DNA from: Octopus sinensis
Taxonomy: Eukaryota
Direction of reading: 5' to 3'
Assembly: GCF_006345805.1 (NCBI RefSeq)
Contig: NW_021835971.1
Span: forward strand, 2,944 to 66,943
DNA: 64,000 bases
Positions 62,225 through 64,000 of this stretch are shown piece after piece; position 1 is the first letter of the stretch; every line of letters starts with the position of its first letter. A model generated the notes under the pieces. The model ran no database searches. It was not told where the DNA came from and saw only the letters and a program-made list of their open reading frames with translations. A program made the translations under genes and the position numbers.

Positions 62225-64000
62225 TTGACTATCCTAAACGATCCATACGCTCATACAAGGACACCAACCCGTAGAAGAAACAGCCCAACATCCCCGGACC
62301 TGTCTCTTTGCACTCCATCCTTGGCTGGATATATCTCGTGGAATGTTCGTTATGGCTCCTCGAGCGACCATAACCCCATTGTACTGACACTTAGAAGGCC
62401 TTTCTGTCCAACGCGCCGCCCTACGAAGTTCAAAAATTACTCGAAAGCTAACTGGCATGGTTTCGGGCTGTATGTGGACGACTGCCTGCTCGACCTCTCT
62501 ATGGAAAATTGCACGGTGGAAAGGACGGCCAAGATCCTGTCTACTATCATTCTGCAAGCCGATAAATTATTTATACCTGTCGCTTCATATAAGAAGTTCA
62601 ATCCAAGACTATCCTCAGAAATCCTATCACTTATCAAAGAACGGGACGCCCTCAAGAAAAGCAAGTCCAATGACTCATACCATATCATACGTCCTTTGAA
62701 TATCAAAATTTCTGAACTGATCCGCACTAATCACGGACTCAAGTGGAGTCGTCTCGTTGGACGTTTATGTCACAGAAATTCCTGCGCCACCTTTTGGAAA
62801 ACGCTAAGAAGGATCAATTGCCTTATCGCCGAGGAGGACAGAGAATCTGAGGCTGTTGCCCACAATTCCTCGGAACCCGCTCGCAAACTTGCAAACAAGA
62901 TTATGAAGTATTATGTATCGATCAGCCATAAAAACTTCTCTCGCACTCCACATACTGAACGGCACGGACCACGACCAGAACCGTATTCCACCTTCTTCAC
63001 ACCAGATGATGTTGACAAGGCTATTAAATCCCTACGTCCCACCCGTTCTTGTGGCCCCGACGGGATTTGTGCTATTCGCTTCAAACACCTGGGACCCCGG
63101 GCACGGACCGTACTATCAAGACTATATAACGACTCCATCAACTTACGTACGATACCTAATATATGGAAAAACTCCCTAATTACGCCAATCCTAAAGCCTG
63201 GGAAACCAAAGATGCCCCCTCTTCATACCGCCCAATCTCAATAACTTGTATCTTATCGAAAGTACTGGAAAAGCTCGTATTAATGCGAATCTCTCCTGTC
63301 CTACAACTGCCAGAATTCCAGCACGGTTTTAGACCAGACCGTTCCACAACGACCCACTTGTGTTCTGTCTCCCAGTTTATCACTGAGGGTTTTAACATGG
63401 GAACACACCTACGGACGGCCTTAGTATCTATTGATATACAAAAGGCTTTTGATTCTGTCCCGAGGAAACTCCTAACGCGGAAGATATTTGATTCGAACTT
63501 ACATCCGAACATCAAACTGTGGTTGGAAAATTTCTTAACTGGCCGACGCGGAAGGGTCCGTATCGACAATACTACTTCAAGATCAAGACTACTGCCCAAT
63601 GGTGTCCCACAAGGCTCCCCTTTATCTCCTCTCCTTTTTAACCTATTTCTACATGACCTACCCACTACTAATGACCCAGACATAATGTTCTTATCCTATG
63701 CGGACGACCTGATTATCGCTGCAAGAGATAAATCTCCTTCTGTGGCTGTCCAATGGTCCAGTCACACCTCAACCGTGTATGTGATTGGCTATCTGCAAAC
63801 ATGTTGTGTGTGTCTGCATCCAAATCCCAATTCACCCTCTTTACTACTGACAGAAGATTCAAGAATGGGCTGGAACTATTCATTGGAGACAAACCTATTC
63901 CCTCTTCGCGTACCCAGAAGATCCTTGGCGTGGTTTTCGACTCCTTAATGACGTTCTCAAGTCACGTAGAGGAGGCCCTAGCTAAAGGTCTGCGGAAGTG
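62225..64000 (+). mobile_element. Ingi/Vingi-like non-LTR retrotransposon (end of APE plus RT), 5'-truncated, frameshifted, runs off the window
   Basis: SPDLSL...SDHNP (APE end), NYSKANW, GPDGI, YRPISITC, QHGFRP, IDIQKAFDSV, GVPQGSPLSP, YADD. Frameshifts near 63190 and 63770. Confidence 0.88.

Overview
This is eukaryotic, AT-rich, transposon-dense genomic DNA, not prokaryotic; no CRISPR array or operon was seen. The host genes look animal-like and are split by very short spliceosomal introns, mostly 22-29 nt. That architecture resembles highly reduced parasitic metazoans such as dicyemids; the taxon is an inference. Apparently functional genes are RPN11/PSMD14 (-) head-to-head with DDX55/SPB4 (+), NOG1/GTPBP4 (+), a CPVL-like serine carboxypeptidase (-, one apparent 1-nt frameshift) and one tRNA-Asp(GTC). 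Between about 25.8 and 35.3 kb lie decayed, intron-retaining copies of UBF-like, HEAT-repeat, DCAF4-like and USP36/42-like genes. The rest is mobile DNA. It includes an RLE-type non-LTR retrotransposon with an uninterrupted >1,070-codon ORF that the ORF track missed, many CRE-like remnants (one with TSD and poly(A)), and Ingi/Vingi-like pieces (one with a 2A/StopGo motif). It also includes RTE fragments, four Ginger-like integrase transposons with 5-bp TSDs, several hAT elements with 8-bp TSDs, and Tc1/IS630, pogo and Merlin relics. The most striking observations are five. (1) A Ginger-like element has captured an exon of the neighbouring DDX55 gene and folded part of it into a 387-bp inverted repeat, a potential hairpin-RNA source. 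(2) A second local templated capture copies 40 bp of RPN11 to a retrotransposon junction. (3) The housekeeping genes show a C-rich 5' to G-rich 3' strand-skew flip. (4) RPN11 has an apparent GT-GG micro-intron. (5) The Ginger integrase genes carry host-sized introns at different positions. All alignments to known proteins were done from memory and by eye; no database search was run.
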